NCBI GenBank assembly: GCA_004558865.1 | Contig: SFCY01000001.1 | Location: 801-64,800 of the forward strand | Origin: Bacteroidales bacterium | GTDB taxonomy: Bacteria; Bacteroidota; Bacteroidia; Bacteroidales; Bacteroidaceae | DNA length: 64,000 nucleotides | Direction: 5' to 3' | Shown: positions 39,744 through 50,331 of the stretch, in pieces | How positions within the stretch are numbered: the stretch's first letter is position 1 | How the letters are laid out: each line of letters begins with the position of its first letter | The notes under the pieces: model-generated | Seen by the model: only the letters and a program-made list of their open reading frames with translations | Told to the model about the DNA's origin: nothing | Database searches by the model: none | Translations under genes and position numbers: made by a program

Positions 39744-42623
39744 CTACAATCCGCTCAACTTGTCCTTGAGGAATTGCCCCGTGAAGCTCTCCTTGCAGCC
39801 TACTATTCCTTCCGGCTTGCCCGCATAGACCAATTGGCCGCCCTTGTCACCTCCGTCGGGACCTAAGTCGATGATGTGGTCAGCCATCTTGATGACATCC
39901 AAGTTGTGTTCAATGACGATGATGCTGTGGCCTCGCTCCAAGAGCGCGTCGAAGGCGTGGAGCAGTCGCTGGATGTCGTGGAAGTGAAGTCCCGTAGTGG
40001 GTTCGTCGAAAATGAAGAGGGTAGGCTCCTGCCGCTCCTGTCCGATGAAATAGGCCAGCTTCACGCGTTGGTTCTCACCGCCGGAGAGGGTGGAGGAGTT
40101 TTGTCCCAATTTGATGTATCCCAGTCCAACCTCCTCCAAGGGCTTGAGCCTGTTTACGATGGCCGTTTGTCCATGTTGGGCAAAGAAGCTGACAGCTTCC
40201 GATACGGTCATATTGAGCACGTCGTTGATGTTCTTGCCCTCGAATCTCACTTCCAGCACATCGTGTTTGAAGCGCATGCCGTGGCAAGCCTCACAGGTGA
40301 GCGTCAGGTCGGCCATGAACTGCATTTCTACGGTGATCACTCCCGCGCCCTTGCATTCCTCACAGCGTCCGCCCTCAGCGTTGAACGAGAAGTATTGTGG
40401 CGTGAAGCCCAACTGCTTGGCAAGAGGCTGGTCGGCGAAGAGCTGGCGTATGGCGTCGTAGGCCTTGAGGTAGGTGGCCGGATTGGAGCGTGATGACTTG
40501 CCGATCGGGTTTTGGTCGACAAACTCCACGTGGCTGATGCTCTGCCAGTCGCCGCCCATTGAGGTGTATTCGCCCGGGGCGTCGCAAACCTCGTCGAGAT
40601 GCCGCTTGAGGGCAGGGTAGAGGATGCCCTTGACGAGCGACGACTTGCCTGATCCGCTCACGCCCGTTACCACCGTCAGCACATTGAGTGGGAACTCCAC
40701 GTCTATTCCCTTGAGGTTGTTCATGCGGCAACCGGAGAGCTTGATGCTGCGGTTCCATGCGCGCCGGCTTGTGGGCAGGGCAATGGTCTCGGCGTGGGTG
40801 AGAAACTGGATGGTGTGTGAGCGTGGGTATTTCTCCAACAGAGCCTCGTTGGCTCCCGCGTCCTTGTGGATGTCGGGTACGGAACCCTCGTAGACAATCT
40901 CGCCGCCCAAGCGTCCTGCATCAGGCCCAACGTCGACAATCCAGTCGGCGGCACGCATGATCTCCTCGTCGTGTTCAACCACGACCACGGTGTTGCCCAA
41001 GTCGCGCAGTTCCTTCAGCACGCCTATCAGTCGGTTGGTGTCGCGGCTGTGGAGGCCGATGCTCGGCTCGTCGAGGATATAGAGCGAACCCACGAGAGAG
41101 GAGCCCAAGGATGTGGTCAGGCTGATGCGTTGGCTCTCTCCGCCCGAGAGGGTGTTCGACTGTCGGTTGAGTGTGAGGTAGCCTAATCCCACTTCATTGA
41201 GGAAGGCGAGGCGGTTGTTGATTTCCACCAGCAGTCTCTTTGCCACTTCTGCATCATGGGCGTTGAGTTGCAAGTGGTCAAACCAGGTTTTCAGCTCGCC
41301 CACGGGCATCTGCACCAAGTCTGTGATGCTTCGTCCGCCCACTTTCACCCACGTGGCCTCCTTTCTCAGTCGCGTGCCATGGCAGTCGGGACAGATGGTC
41401 TTTCCCCTGTAGCGGCTCATCATCACGCGGTATTGAATCTTGTATTGGTTCTCCTTCACCATCTGGAAGAAGGTGTCGATGCAGATCTTGTCGTGTATGT
41501 CGCTGTCGCGCTCCGAGGGCAGGCCATGCCAGAGCTGGTCTTTCTGCTCCTGCGTCAATTCATAGTAGGGCTTGAATATCGGGAAGTTGTCGTGCTGGGC
41601 TCTGCGGCAGAACTCCTGTTGCCACACCCCCATCCGCTCGCCGTGCCAGCACTGCACGCAGCCGTCGGCCACACTGAGCGAGGTGTTGGGTATCACCAGC
41701 TTCTCGTCGATGCCGATGATGCTGCCAAAACCCTCGCAGGTGGGGCAGGCGCCAATGGGGGAGTTGAATGAGAACATGTTGTCGTTGGGCTCCTCAAACT
41801 TGATGCCGTCGGCCTCAAAGCGCTGTGAGAAGTCGTAGACGATGTTTGAAGGCAGGAAGACCAGCCGGCATTCGCCGTCGCCCTCATAGAATGCCGTCTC
41901 GGCGGAGTCGATGAGGCGGCTGATGGCATCCTTCTCGTCGCTTACCGACATGCGGTCGATAACCAAGAAGAGCCTCGTCCTTTCCTCGTTGAGCTCGCCA
42001 TTGGTGGCCATATCCTCTGCCTCGGAGATGCTGACAACCTTGTTGTCGGCACAGAGGCGGGTGTAGCCCTGCTGCAGCTCTGTCTCAAGCTGTTCGGTGA
42101 GCGTGCGTCCCTTGCCCACGCGCAGGGGTGCGAGCACCATAAACTTTGTTCCGTTGGAATATTGGGCGGCACAGTTCACGATGTCCTCGGTCGAGTGTTT
42201 TTTCACCTCCTCTCCGCTGACTGGCGAGAAAGTGTGGCCGATGCGTGCGAAGAGAAGCCTCAGATATTCGTAGATTTCCGTTGATGTGCCAACCGTCGAG
42301 CGCGGGTTGCGTGCCACCACCCTCTGCTCGATGGCGATGGCGGGCGGCAGCCCCTTGATGAAGTCGCATTCGGGCTTGCTCATCCGTCCGAGAAATTGTC
42401 GGGCGTAGGCCGAGAGGCTCTCCACATAGCGCCGCTGCCCCTCAGCATAGAGTGTGTCGAAGGCCAGTGAGCTCTTTCCGGAGCCCGATACGCCAGTGAT
42501 GGCAATCAATTTGTTGCGTGGCAGGGCGAGGCTGATGTTTTTCAGGTTGTTCACCCTTGCGCCCCTTACCTCTATATATTGTCCCTCTTCGGTCAGTTTG
42601 AAGTCTTTCTTGTTCTTTTCCAT
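39744..42623 (-). CDS. uvrA: Excinuclease ABC subunit A
   Basis: Two GVSGSGKSSL Walker A motifs, two LSGGE signatures, CxxC zinc fingers. Confidence 0.97.
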   Translation of the reverse strand: MEKNKKDFKLTEEGQYIEVRGARVNNLKNISLALPRNKLIAITGVSGSGKSSLAFDTLYAEGQRRYVESLSAYARQFLGRMSKPECDFIKGLPPAIAIEQRVVARNPRSTVGTSTEIYEYLRLLFARIGHTFSPVSGEEVKKHSTEDIVNCAAQYSNGTKFMVLAPLRVGKGRTLTEQLETELQQGYTRLCADNKVVSISEAEDMATNGELNEERTRLFLVIDRMSVSDEKDAISRLIDSAETAFYEGDGECRLVFLPSNIVYDFSQRFEADGIKFEEPNDNMFSFNSPIGACPTCEGFGSIIGIDEKLVIPNTSLSVADGCVQCWHGERMGVWQQEFCRRAQHDNFPIFKPYYELTQEQKDQLWHGLPSERDSDIHDKICIDTFFQMVKENQYKIQYRVMMSRYRGKTICPDCHGTRLRKEATWVKVGGRSITDLVQMPVGELKTWFDHLQLNAHDAEVAKRLLVEINNRLAFLNEVGLGYLTLNRQSNTLSGGESQRISLTTSLGSSLVGSLYILDEPSIGLHSRDTNRLIGVLKELRDLGNTVVVVEHDEEIMRAADWIVDVGPDAGRLGGEIVYEGSVPDIHKDAGANEALLEKYPRSHTIQFLTHAETIALPTSRRAWNRSIKLSGCRMNNLKGIDVEFPLNVLTVVTGVSGSGKSSLVKGILYPALKRHLDEVCDAPGEYTSMGGDWQSISHVEFVDQNPIGKSSRSNPATYLKAYDAIRQLFADQPLAKQLGFTPQYFSFNAEGGRCEECKGAGVITVEMQFMADLTLTCEACHGMRFKHDVLEVRFEGKNINDVLNMTVSEAVSFFAQHGQTAIVNRLKPLEEVGLGYIKLGQNSSTLSGGENQRVKLAYFIGQERQEPTLFIFDEPTTGLHFHDIQRLLHAFDALLERGHSIIVIEHNLDVIKMADHIIDLGPDGGDKGGQLVYAGKPEGIVGCKESFTGQFLKDKLSGL

Positions 42624-42758
42624 TCGTTGTTTTTACCCCTTGATTTGGCCGGGGAGTCGCGCAAAGTTACGAAATCTCACTAAAACGGCAAAAAGAAAGG
42701 GAGAAAATTTGGTGGTTTGAAAAAAAACGATTACTTTTGCACCCGTCTTTCAGACAAT

Positions 42759-42831
<73 letters not shown>

Positions 42832-42842
42832 CAAGGCTTGAG

Positions 42843-42913
42843 GCGGAATTAGCACATCGGTAGTGCACGGGCTTCCCAAGCCTGGGAGGCGGGTTCGACT
42901 CCCGTATTCCGCT
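42843..42913 (+). tRNA. tRNA-Gly(CCC)
   Basis: GCGGAAT...TTCCCAA...GGTTCGACTCC...ATTCCGCT. Confidence 0.93.
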
Positions 42914-43597
42914 CAAACGCAACACCTTATGGACATTACGTAGATGAAGAGGTTTTGAGTCTGCTTAATAGTTCTCCTCAAATACGGCTATATTACAATC
43001 ATCATTTTTGTTTCACTTGTGGATGCCGGAATTGCAGAAAAATTGCAGAAATTTCCCAGCATTGCAGAAAAACGGTACACTGGATGTTTTCCGTGGGGCG
43101 GACATGTTGTTTCGTTTCGTATTGTCCAGTTTTTGCTAAAGCGTGGCCAGCAATCACCCCCGGATAGAGGTAATTCCTATCCCTTTTCCATCTGAAAAGG
43201 GCAGAACAATTGGGGCTGACGCAGTTGTGGGTAACAGAACCGTGTCATATTGTTCCGTGTGCAAAGGTTACTCTTTCGCCTCAAACGGTACACAGGTTAT
43301 TTCGGATTTCTCTTACTGTGAAACCGGGAAATATCAGCTGCGCCAGAAAAACAGCTCGGGAGGTAGGACGTTGGCTTCTTCAGCCGAATGTTAGGTCGCG
43401 AATCCCACTTGCTGCTCTTGTGCTCTCTTTCCTTATTATATAATGTGTGGGAGGGGTAGACTTCAGCCTACAAGAGAGAGCCACAAACTTTTTTCAGAAA
43501 AAAACTGCAAATCGTTTGGCAGTTTGCGAAAAAGTATATACCTTTGCACCCGCAATTCAGAAATGAAACGCTTCCCGATTTTTTCAGGATTGTGAAT

Positions 43598-43670
43598 GCG
43601 CCCTTAGCTCAGTTGGTAGAGCAACTGACTCTTAATCAGTGGGTCTAGGGTTCGAGCCCCTAAGGGCGCA
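43598..43670 (+). tRNA. tRNA-Lys(CUU), copy 1
   Basis: Cloverleaf, anticodon loop CTCTTAA; TACCTTTG at 43539. Confidence 0.95.
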
Positions 43671-43701
43671 CAAGGCACAAGCCTCATTCATTTCTATTGC
43701 T

Positions 43702-43774
43702 GCGCCCTTAGCTCAGTTGGTAGAGCAACTGACTCTTAATCAGTGGGTCTAGGGTTCGAGCCCCTAAGGGCGCA
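43702..43774 (+). tRNA. tRNA-Lys(CUU), copy 2
   Basis: Identical to 43598-43670. Confidence 0.95.
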
Positions 43775-43826
43775 CAATGGTTGACTGGTTTCCGATTGCG
43801 GGAGCGCAACCAAGGTAATAAGTTCA

Positions 43827-43862
43827 GTTGCCGCAACTTCAATAAAGTTGCGGCAATTTTCT
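43827..43862 (+). terminator. Intrinsic terminator after the tRNA-Lys pair
   Basis: TTGCCGCAACTT/AAGTTGCGGCAA followed by TTTT. Confidence 0.75.
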
Positions 43863-44093
43863 GTTTTCTCCATGCCCCCTCCTTCATCCCGGCGTATGAA
43901 CCGTGTCCGACATGAGGACGGAACATGCATAGACAGCAGGGAATGTTGGTGAGGCTTTGTGGGGAGCTGATGTTTTATTGGGACAGAGAGGCCAAACAGA
44001 GCGGTTTTGGTAGAAAACGGCTCGAAAAATTGTGGGCTAACAATTTTTTTTGTACTTTTGCATGTCTTTCTATAGATTACTTAATACATTGCA

Positions 44094-46562
44094 ATGAAAG
44101 TTTCTTATAAATGGCTTAAAGAATACGTTGACTTCGATTTGACTCCCCAGCAGACAGCAGACGCGTTGACCTCTACGGGGCTTGAAGTTGACTCTCTTGA
44201 GGAAGTGCAGTCTGTCAAGGGCGGACTGAAAGGATTGTACGTCGGCAAGGTTCTCACTTGTGTGCCGCATCCCAATTCAGACCATCTCCACATCACTACA
44301 GTAGACCTTGGCAAAGGCGAGCCGCAGCAGATTGTGTGCGGCGCACCCAATGTGGCTGCAGGTCAGAAGGTCATCGTAGCCGATTTGGGCTGTGTTCTGT
44401 ATGATGGCGACAAAGAGTTCACCATCAAAAAGTCGAAGCTTCGCGGCGTGGAGTCGCTGGGCATGATTTGTGCCGAGGATGAGATAGGCGTGGGTACGAG
44501 CCATGATGGCATCATCGTTCTGCCCGACGACGCCCCTGTTGGGCAGCCGGCCGCTGAATATTACCATTTGGAGAGCGACTGGGTGATAGAAATAGATCTT
44601 ACCGCCAACCGCGCCGATGCCTTGAGCCACTATGGAGTGGCGCGCGACCTCTACGCCTGGCTGAAGCAGAATGGCTATGAGACCCGACTGCACAGACCCG
44701 ACTGCAGCAAGTTTGTGGTCGACAACGAGGACCTTCCCATCGACGTGGAAATAGAGAACACGGAGGCCTGCAAGCGTTATGCATGTCTGAGCGTCACCGA
44801 CTGCGACGTGAGGGAGAGCCCGGAATGGCTGCAGGAGAAACTGCGCGTGGTGGGCTTGCGCCCCATCAACAATATCGTCGACATCACCAATTACATCATG
44901 TTGGCCTATGGGCAGCCGATGCATTGCTTCGATGCCGACATGGTGAAAGGCCACCGCATCGTGGTGCGCACGCAGCCCGAGGGTACCCACTTCACGACCC
45001 TCGACGGCGAAGACCACATATTGGGCGAGCATGACCTCAGCATCTGCAATGCTGAGGAACCCATGTGCATTGCCGGAATCTTTGGAGGAAAAGGAAGCGG
45101 CACTTACGAGACAACGAGGAACGTTGTCTTGGAGAGCGCCTACTTCCATCCCACTTGGATCCGCAAGAGTGCGCGCCGTCATGGACTTTCCACCGATGCC
45201 AGCTACCGCTTTGAGCGTGGCGTGGACCCCAATGGCACGATCTATGCGCTGAAGCAGGCCGCCATCCTCTGCCGCGAGCTTGCTGGAGGAAAGGTGAGCA
45301 TGCAGATTAGGGACGTTTATCCACAGCCCATGCCCAACTTCAATGTAAGGTTGGAATATGAATACTGCGACCGCCTGATAGGCAAGCGGCTCGGCGCTCA
45401 GACCATCAAGAGCATTGCCATGAGCTTAGAGATGAAGATTCTCAAGGAGGACGCTGAGGGCGTTGACTTGGAAGTGCCCGCTTATCGCGTGGATGTGCAG
45501 CGTCCGTGCGACGTTGTGGAAGACATACTCCGCATCTACGGATACAATAATATAGAAATTCCCACCATGCTGAAGTCGTCGCTCACCGTGAAGGGAGAGG
45601 AAGATTTGGAGCACAAGATGGAAAACACTGTGAGCGAGCAGCTTGTGGGCGAGGGATTCAACGAAATCCTCAACAACTCGCTCTCCCGCGTGGCCTATTA
45701 TGATGAAGATAAGCTGAATGCCTATCCCTGGGCAAAGACCGTGAACGTGATGAATCCCCTGAGCGCAGACTTGGGGGTGATGCGCCAGTCGATTCTCTTC
45801 GGCGGACTGGAGAGCATAGCGCGCAATGTGAACCGCAAGAGCCAAAACCTAAAGTTCTTCGAGTTGGGCAACACCTACATGTTTGATGCGGAGAGCCGCA
45901 CAGAGGAGTCGCCCATCAAGGCCTACAGACAGCAGTATCATTTGGGAATGTGGGTGACAGGCAACCGTGTGCAAGGTTCATGGATCCATGCCGATGAGGA
46001 ATCGAGCGTCTACGAGCTCAAGGCCTATTTGCTCAACGTGCTTCGGCGTGTGGGAGTGACCACGGGTGAAGTGGTGGAGGAGAATGGCGACAACAACATC
46101 TTCTCCCACTCCCGCAGTATCAAGACCCGTGGGGGCAAGCTGATAGCCGAATATGGTGTGCTGGCCGCAGGGGTGCTGAAAACCTGTGGCATTGGGCAGC
46201 CCGTGTTCTTTGCCGACTTGAATTGGACAGAACTGATGCGGCTCGTGCGCAAGCACAAGATTGAATACAAAGAAATCTCAAAGTTCCCGCAAGTGAGCCG
46301 CGACTTGGCCCTGCTCGTTGACAAGGGCGTGGAGTTTGCCGAGATAGAGAAGATAGCCTATCAGACAGAGAAGAAACTCTTGAAGAATGTGGAGCTGTTC
46401 GATGTCTACGAGGGCAAGAACCTGCCAGCAGGCAAGAAGAGCTATGCTGTGAACTTCATCATTCAGGACGATAACCGCACGCTCAACGACAAGGCCATAG
46501 ACGCAGTGATGAAGAAGCTCATTGCCAATCTGACCAACAAGTTGGGAGCACAACTCAGATAA
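44094..46562 (+). CDS. pheT: Phenylalanine--tRNA ligase beta subunit
   Basis: IVCGAPN, TANRADALS, RFERGVD, FDX-ACB domain (RDLALLV...LFDVY). Confidence 0.98.
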   Translation: MKVSYKWLKEYVDFDLTPQQTADALTSTGLEVDSLEEVQSVKGGLKGLYVGKVLTCVPHPNSDHLHITTVDLGKGEPQQIVCGAPNVAAGQKVIVADLGCVLYDGDKEFTIKKSKLRGVESLGMICAEDEIGVGTSHDGIIVLPDDAPVGQPAAEYYHLESDWVIEIDLTANRADALSHYGVARDLYAWLKQNGYETRLHRPDCSKFVVDNEDLPIDVEIENTEACKRYACLSVTDCDVRESPEWLQEKLRVVGLRPINNIVDITNYIMLAYGQPMHCFDADMVKGHRIVVRTQPEGTHFTTLDGEDHILGEHDLSICNAEEPMCIAGIFGGKGSGTYETTRNVVLESAYFHPTWIRKSARRHGLSTDASYRFERGVDPNGTIYALKQAAILCRELAGGKVSMQIRDVYPQPMPNFNVRLEYEYCDRLIGKRLGAQTIKSIAMSLEMKILKEDAEGVDLEVPAYRVDVQRPCDVVEDILRIYGYNNIEIPTMLKSSLTVKGEEDLEHKMENTVSEQLVGEGFNEILNNSLSRVAYYDEDKLNAYPWAKTVNVMNPLSADLGVMRQSILFGGLESIARNVNRKSQNLKFFELGNTYMFDAESRTEESPIKAYRQQYHLGMWVTGNRVQGSWIHADEESSVYELKAYLLNVLRRVGVTTGEVVEENGDNNIFSHSRSIKTRGGKLIAEYGVLAAGVLKTCGIGQPVFFADLNWTELMRLVRKHKIEYKEISKFPQVSRDLALLVDKGVEFAEIEKIAYQTEKKLLKNVELFDVYEGKNLPAGKKSYAVNFIIQDDNRTLNDKAIDAVMKKLIANLTNKLGAQLR

Positions 46563-46596
46563 TATAAATCAACAAAAAAATAATAATCATTCTCCA

Positions 46597-47334
46597 ATGG
46601 GAAGAGCATTTGAATATCGTAAGGCTACAAAGCTGAAAAGATGGGGCCACATGGCCAGAACGTTCACTAAGTTAGGTAAAGAGATAGCCATCGCCGTGAA
46701 GGCTGGCGGCCCGGAGCCCGAGAACAACCCTCGTCTGCGTGCCATCATCGCCACTTGCAAGCGCGAGAACATGCCGAAGGACAATATCACCCGTGCCATC
46801 AAGAACGCCATGGGCAAGGACCAGAGCGAGTACAAGGAGGTGCCCTACGAGGGATACGGTCCTCACGGAGTGGCCATCTTCGTCGACGCGCTGACTGACA
46901 ACACCACACGCACCGTTGCCGATGTGCGCTCGGTGTTCAACAAGTTCAATGGCAACCTTGGCACACAGGGCTCTCTGAGCTTCCTGTTCGACCACAAGTG
47001 CGTGTTCACTTTCAAGAAGAAAGAAGGTATGGACATGGACGACCTCATCCTCAGCCTCATCGACTACGGCGTGGACGACGAGTACGATGTGGATGACGAG
47101 GAGGGCGAAATCACCATCTACGGTGAACCCACGAGTTTTGGTGACATTCAGAAGTTCCTAGAGGACAACGGCTACGAGATTACGAGTGCAGAGTTCACCC
47201 GCATCCCCACCGACTTGAAGGATGTCACCCCCGAAGAGCGCGAGACCATCGACAAGATGGTGGAGCGGCTTGAGGAGTTTGACGACGTGCAGAATGTCTA
47301 CACCAATATGAAGCCTTTGGAGGGAGAGGAGTAA
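46597..47334 (+). CDS. yebC: YebC/PmpR family protein
   Basis: MGRAFEYRK, YEGYGPHG, DDVQNVYTN. Confidence 0.93.
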   Translation: MGRAFEYRKATKLKRWGHMARTFTKLGKEIAIAVKAGGPEPENNPRLRAIIATCKRENMPKDNITRAIKNAMGKDQSEYKEVPYEGYGPHGVAIFVDALTDNTTRTVADVRSVFNKFNGNLGTQGSLSFLFDHKCVFTFKKKEGMDMDDLILSLIDYGVDDEYDVDDEEGEITIYGEPTSFGDIQKFLEDNGYEITSAEFTRIPTDLKDVTPEERETIDKMVERLEEFDDVQNVYTNMKPLEGEE

Positions 47335-47357
47335 GGCCGTGCCTTCCTACCTTTGCA

Positions 47358-47402
47358 GACAAACGCCTGCCGTAGCTTGTTGCTATGGCAGGCGTTTGGT
47401 TT
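47358..47402 (+). terminator. Intrinsic terminator after yebC
   Basis: CAAACGCCTGCC/GGCAGGCGTTTG stem. Confidence 0.7.
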
Positions 47403-47536
47403 GTGGGCGTCGGGCCGAAGATAATGCCGCGTGACAATTCAAAGGCATTGATTTTTTCGTGCAAGGATTTATTTTTGAGCGAAGATAATGTCCCATTGCG
47501 AAAAAATTACTATATTTGCAATTCAATAGAAAAAAC

Positions 47537-49321
47537 ATGGAGAATATAAGGAATTTCTGCATCATCGCCCATATCGACCACGGTAAGTCAACATTGGCCG
47601 ACCGCCTGCTGGAACGTACCCATACGATACAGATTACGGAGGGCCAGATGTTGGACGACATGGATTTGGAGCGTGAGCGCGGCATCACCATCAAGAGCCA
47701 CGCCATAGAGATGGACTACACCTCCAAGGACGGCAAGAAATATACACTCAACTTGATAGACACTCCGGGACACGTTGATTTCTCCTACGAGGTGTCGAGA
47801 AGCATCGCTGCCTGTGAGGGCGCCCTGCTTGTGGTGGACGCCACGCAGGGCGTGCAGGCCCAGACAATATCCAACCTCTACATGGCCATAGACCATGACT
47901 TGACCATCATCCCCGTAATCAACAAGATAGATATGCCCCAGGCCATGCCGGACGAGGTGGAGGATGAAATCGTCGACTTGTTGGGCTGTGGGCGCGACGA
48001 GATCATTCGCGCATCGGGCAAGACTGGTGAGGGAGTGGATGAGATTCTTGAGGCTGTTGTCAACCGCATCGACCCGCCGAAAGGCGACCCAAGGAAACCC
48101 CTTCAGGCGTTGATTTTTGATTCCATCTTCAACAGCTTCCGGGGTGTGATTGTACTCTGCAAGGTGTTGAACGGATGCATCAAGAAGGGCGACAAGGTGA
48201 AGTTCTTCAATACCGGCGAGGAGTATACGGCTGACGAAGTGGGTGTGCTGCGCATGGACATGATTCCCCGCAGCCAGTTGTCCAGCGGCGAGGTGGGCTA
48301 TATCGTGAGTGGCATCAAGACCGCCACGGAAGTGAAGGTGGGCGACACCATCACCCACGTGGACTGTTCCTGCGACAAAGCCATCGAGGGTTTTGAGGAA
48401 GTGAAGCCGATGGTTTTCGCTGGAGTCTATCCAATAGACCCTTCGGAATACGAGAATCTGCGTGCCTCCTTGGAGAAGCTGCAGCTCAATGACGCGTCGT
48501 TGACCTTCCAGCCGGAAAGCAGTGTGGCTTTGGGATTTGGCTTCCGCTGTGGATTCCTTGGTCTGCTCCACATGGAAATCATTCAGGAGCGGCTCGACCG
48601 TGAGTTCAACATGGATGTCATCACAACCGTGCCCAACGTCTCGTATAGGGTGTACGACAAACAGGGCAACGTGAAGGAGGTGCACAATCCGTCGGGACTG
48701 CCCGACCAGACACTCATCGACCACATCGAGGAGCCCTACATCCGAGCCACCATCATCACGTCCACACAATTCATCGGCCCCATTATGACCCTGTGTCTGG
48801 ACAAGCGGGGCGAACTCATCAACCAGGAATATGTGAGCGGCAACCGAGTGGAGCTGCACTTCTTCTTGCCGTTGGGCGAGATTGTGATAGACTTCTACGA
48901 CAAGCTCAAGAGCATCTCGAAGGGCTACGCCTCATTCGACTACCATCTGGATTCCTATAGGCCTTCGAAACTGGCCAAACTCGACATCCTGCTCAATGGC
49001 GAGCCAGTGGATGCCCTTTCGACGCTCACCCATCAGGACAATGCCGTGTCAATGGGAAGGAGAATGTGCGAGAAACTGAAGGATCTGATTCCACGCCAGC
49101 AGTTCGACATCGCCATCCAGGCGGCCATCGGAGCCAAGATCATTGCCAGGGAGACCGTGAAACAGGTGCGCAAGGATGTGCTCGCCAAATGCTATGGCGG
49201 CGATGTGAGCCGTAAGCGGAAACTCTTGGAAAAGCAGAAGAAAGGCAAGAAGCGCATGAAGCAGATCGGCAACGTGCAGGTGCCGCAAAAGGCTTTCCTT
49301 GCCGTCCTCAAGTTGGACTAA
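47537..49321 (+). CDS. lepA: Elongation factor 4
   Basis: [29 protein letters not shown]. Confidence 0.98.
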   Translation: MENIRNFCIIAHIDHGKSTLADRLLERTHTIQITEGQMLDDMDLERERGITIKSHAIEMDYTSKDGKKYTLNLIDTPGHVDFSYEVSRSIAACEGALLVVDATQGVQAQTISNLYMAIDHDLTIIPVINKIDMPQAMPDEVEDEIVDLLGCGRDEIIRASGKTGEGVDEILEAVVNRIDPPKGDPRKPLQALIFDSIFNSFRGVIVLCKVLNGCIKKGDKVKFFNTGEEYTADEVGVLRMDMIPRSQLSSGEVGYIVSGIKTATEVKVGDTITHVDCSCDKAIEGFEEVKPMVFAGVYPIDPSEYENLRASLEKLQLNDASLTFQPESSVALGFGFRCGFLGLLHMEIIQERLDREFNMDVITTVPNVSYRVYDKQGNVKEVHNPSGLPDQTLIDHIEEPYIRATIITSTQFIGPIMTLCLDKRGELINQEYVSGNRVELHFFLPLGEIVIDFYDKLKSISKGYASFDYHLDSYRPSKLAKLDILLNGEPVDALSTLTHQDNAVSMGRRMCEKLKDLIPRQQFDIAIQAAIGAKIIARETVKQVRKDVLAKCYGGDVSRKRKLLEKQKKGKKRMKQIGNVQVPQKAFLAVLKLD

Positions 49322-49362
49322 TTTTTCATCCACTTAATAATAAGGTGTAAGGAGGAAAGACA

Positions 49363-49965
49363 ATGAAAATACCAGAATCTTCAACACGAGACATCGCCCG
49401 GGAATTGGCTCGGAAATACAGTACTATGACCCATCAGGAGCTGGACACCCTTGAGAGTATCATTGTCCCGATGCATTTTGCCAAGGGCGAGATGATTCTC
49501 AAGGAGGGCGAAGTCTGTAGAAACATCTACTATCTCGACCGCGGACTCATCCGCCAGTTCTATTACAAGAACGGCAAGGAAGTGACAGAGCATCTTGGCG
49601 AGGACCACACCATCTTCATGTGCATTGAGAGTCTGTTCAAGGAGGAGCCATCCTCGCTGCAGGTGGAAGCCCTGGAGCCGTCCTCGGTCTTTGCCCTGCC
49701 CAAGGCGCAGTTGGAGCAGATAGCCATCACCAACGTGAACATTCAGATGCTCTATCGTAAGATATTGGAGGAGAGCCTGATTATCTCTCAGGTTCATGCC
49801 GACTTGGTGAGATTCGAGTCGGCGCAGAGCCGCTACAGGAAAATGTGCAAGCTCAGCCCGCAGGTGGTCCTGCGCGCTCCTTTGGTGTATATTGCCAACT
49901 ACTTGCAGATGTCGCCCGAGACTCTGTCGAGGGTTAGGACAGCAGAACTCAATTCTCACGACTGA
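49363..49965 (+). CDS. Crp/Fnr family transcriptional regulator
   Basis: KGEMILKEGE cNMP-binding-like domain; IANYLQMSPETLSRVR HTH. Confidence 0.88.
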   Translation: MKIPESSTRDIARELARKYSTMTHQELDTLESIIVPMHFAKGEMILKEGEVCRNIYYLDRGLIRQFYYKNGKEVTEHLGEDHTIFMCIESLFKEEPSSLQVEALEPSSVFALPKAQLEQIAITNVNIQMLYRKILEESLIISQVHADLVRFESAQSRYRKMCKLSPQVVLRAPLVYIANYLQMSPETLSRVRTAELNSHD

Positions 49966-49972
49966 TACCGTC

Positions 49973-50006
49973 AAGGCCTTGAAGCTCACTGAGTTTCAAG
50001 GCCTTT
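49973..50006 (+). terminator. Intrinsic terminator
   Basis: AAGGCCTTGAA/TTCAAGGCCTT followed by TT. Confidence 0.75.
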
Positions 50007-50331
50007 TCTCATGTCTCGCTGTATTCTGCTTGGATGACATTCTTGGAAGAGAGGAATGGAACGGGAATGCCGTCCTTCATGCAGTGGCGATTGGCAATCG
50101 GAAAAGCGGATAACGCCATACAGAATTTCAAGCTACAAGCTGACGAGCGCAGCCTTTGAGCAGGTTTGGCGTAGGAAATGACGCAATTGCGATGGAGAAA
50201 GCCCGTTGTTTGGTGACTGAAGAGGAATAATTCGTTGTCGGCTGGCAATTTTTTCCCCTTTTCTCGGTATGATATACAATCTTTTTTGTATTTTTGCGAA
50301 GAAATAAGCAATTCTAAAAGTTTTTATCAAC

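Noticed and set aside
43598..43774. Identical tRNA-Lys pair as attL/attR of an island
   Set aside because: Both copies are full length and only 31 nt apart, consistent with ordinary tandem duplication
50007..50290. Long serS leader as a T-box or attenuator
   Set aside because: The -7 element at 50289 lies close to the ATG, so the leader is short, and no T-box motif is seen
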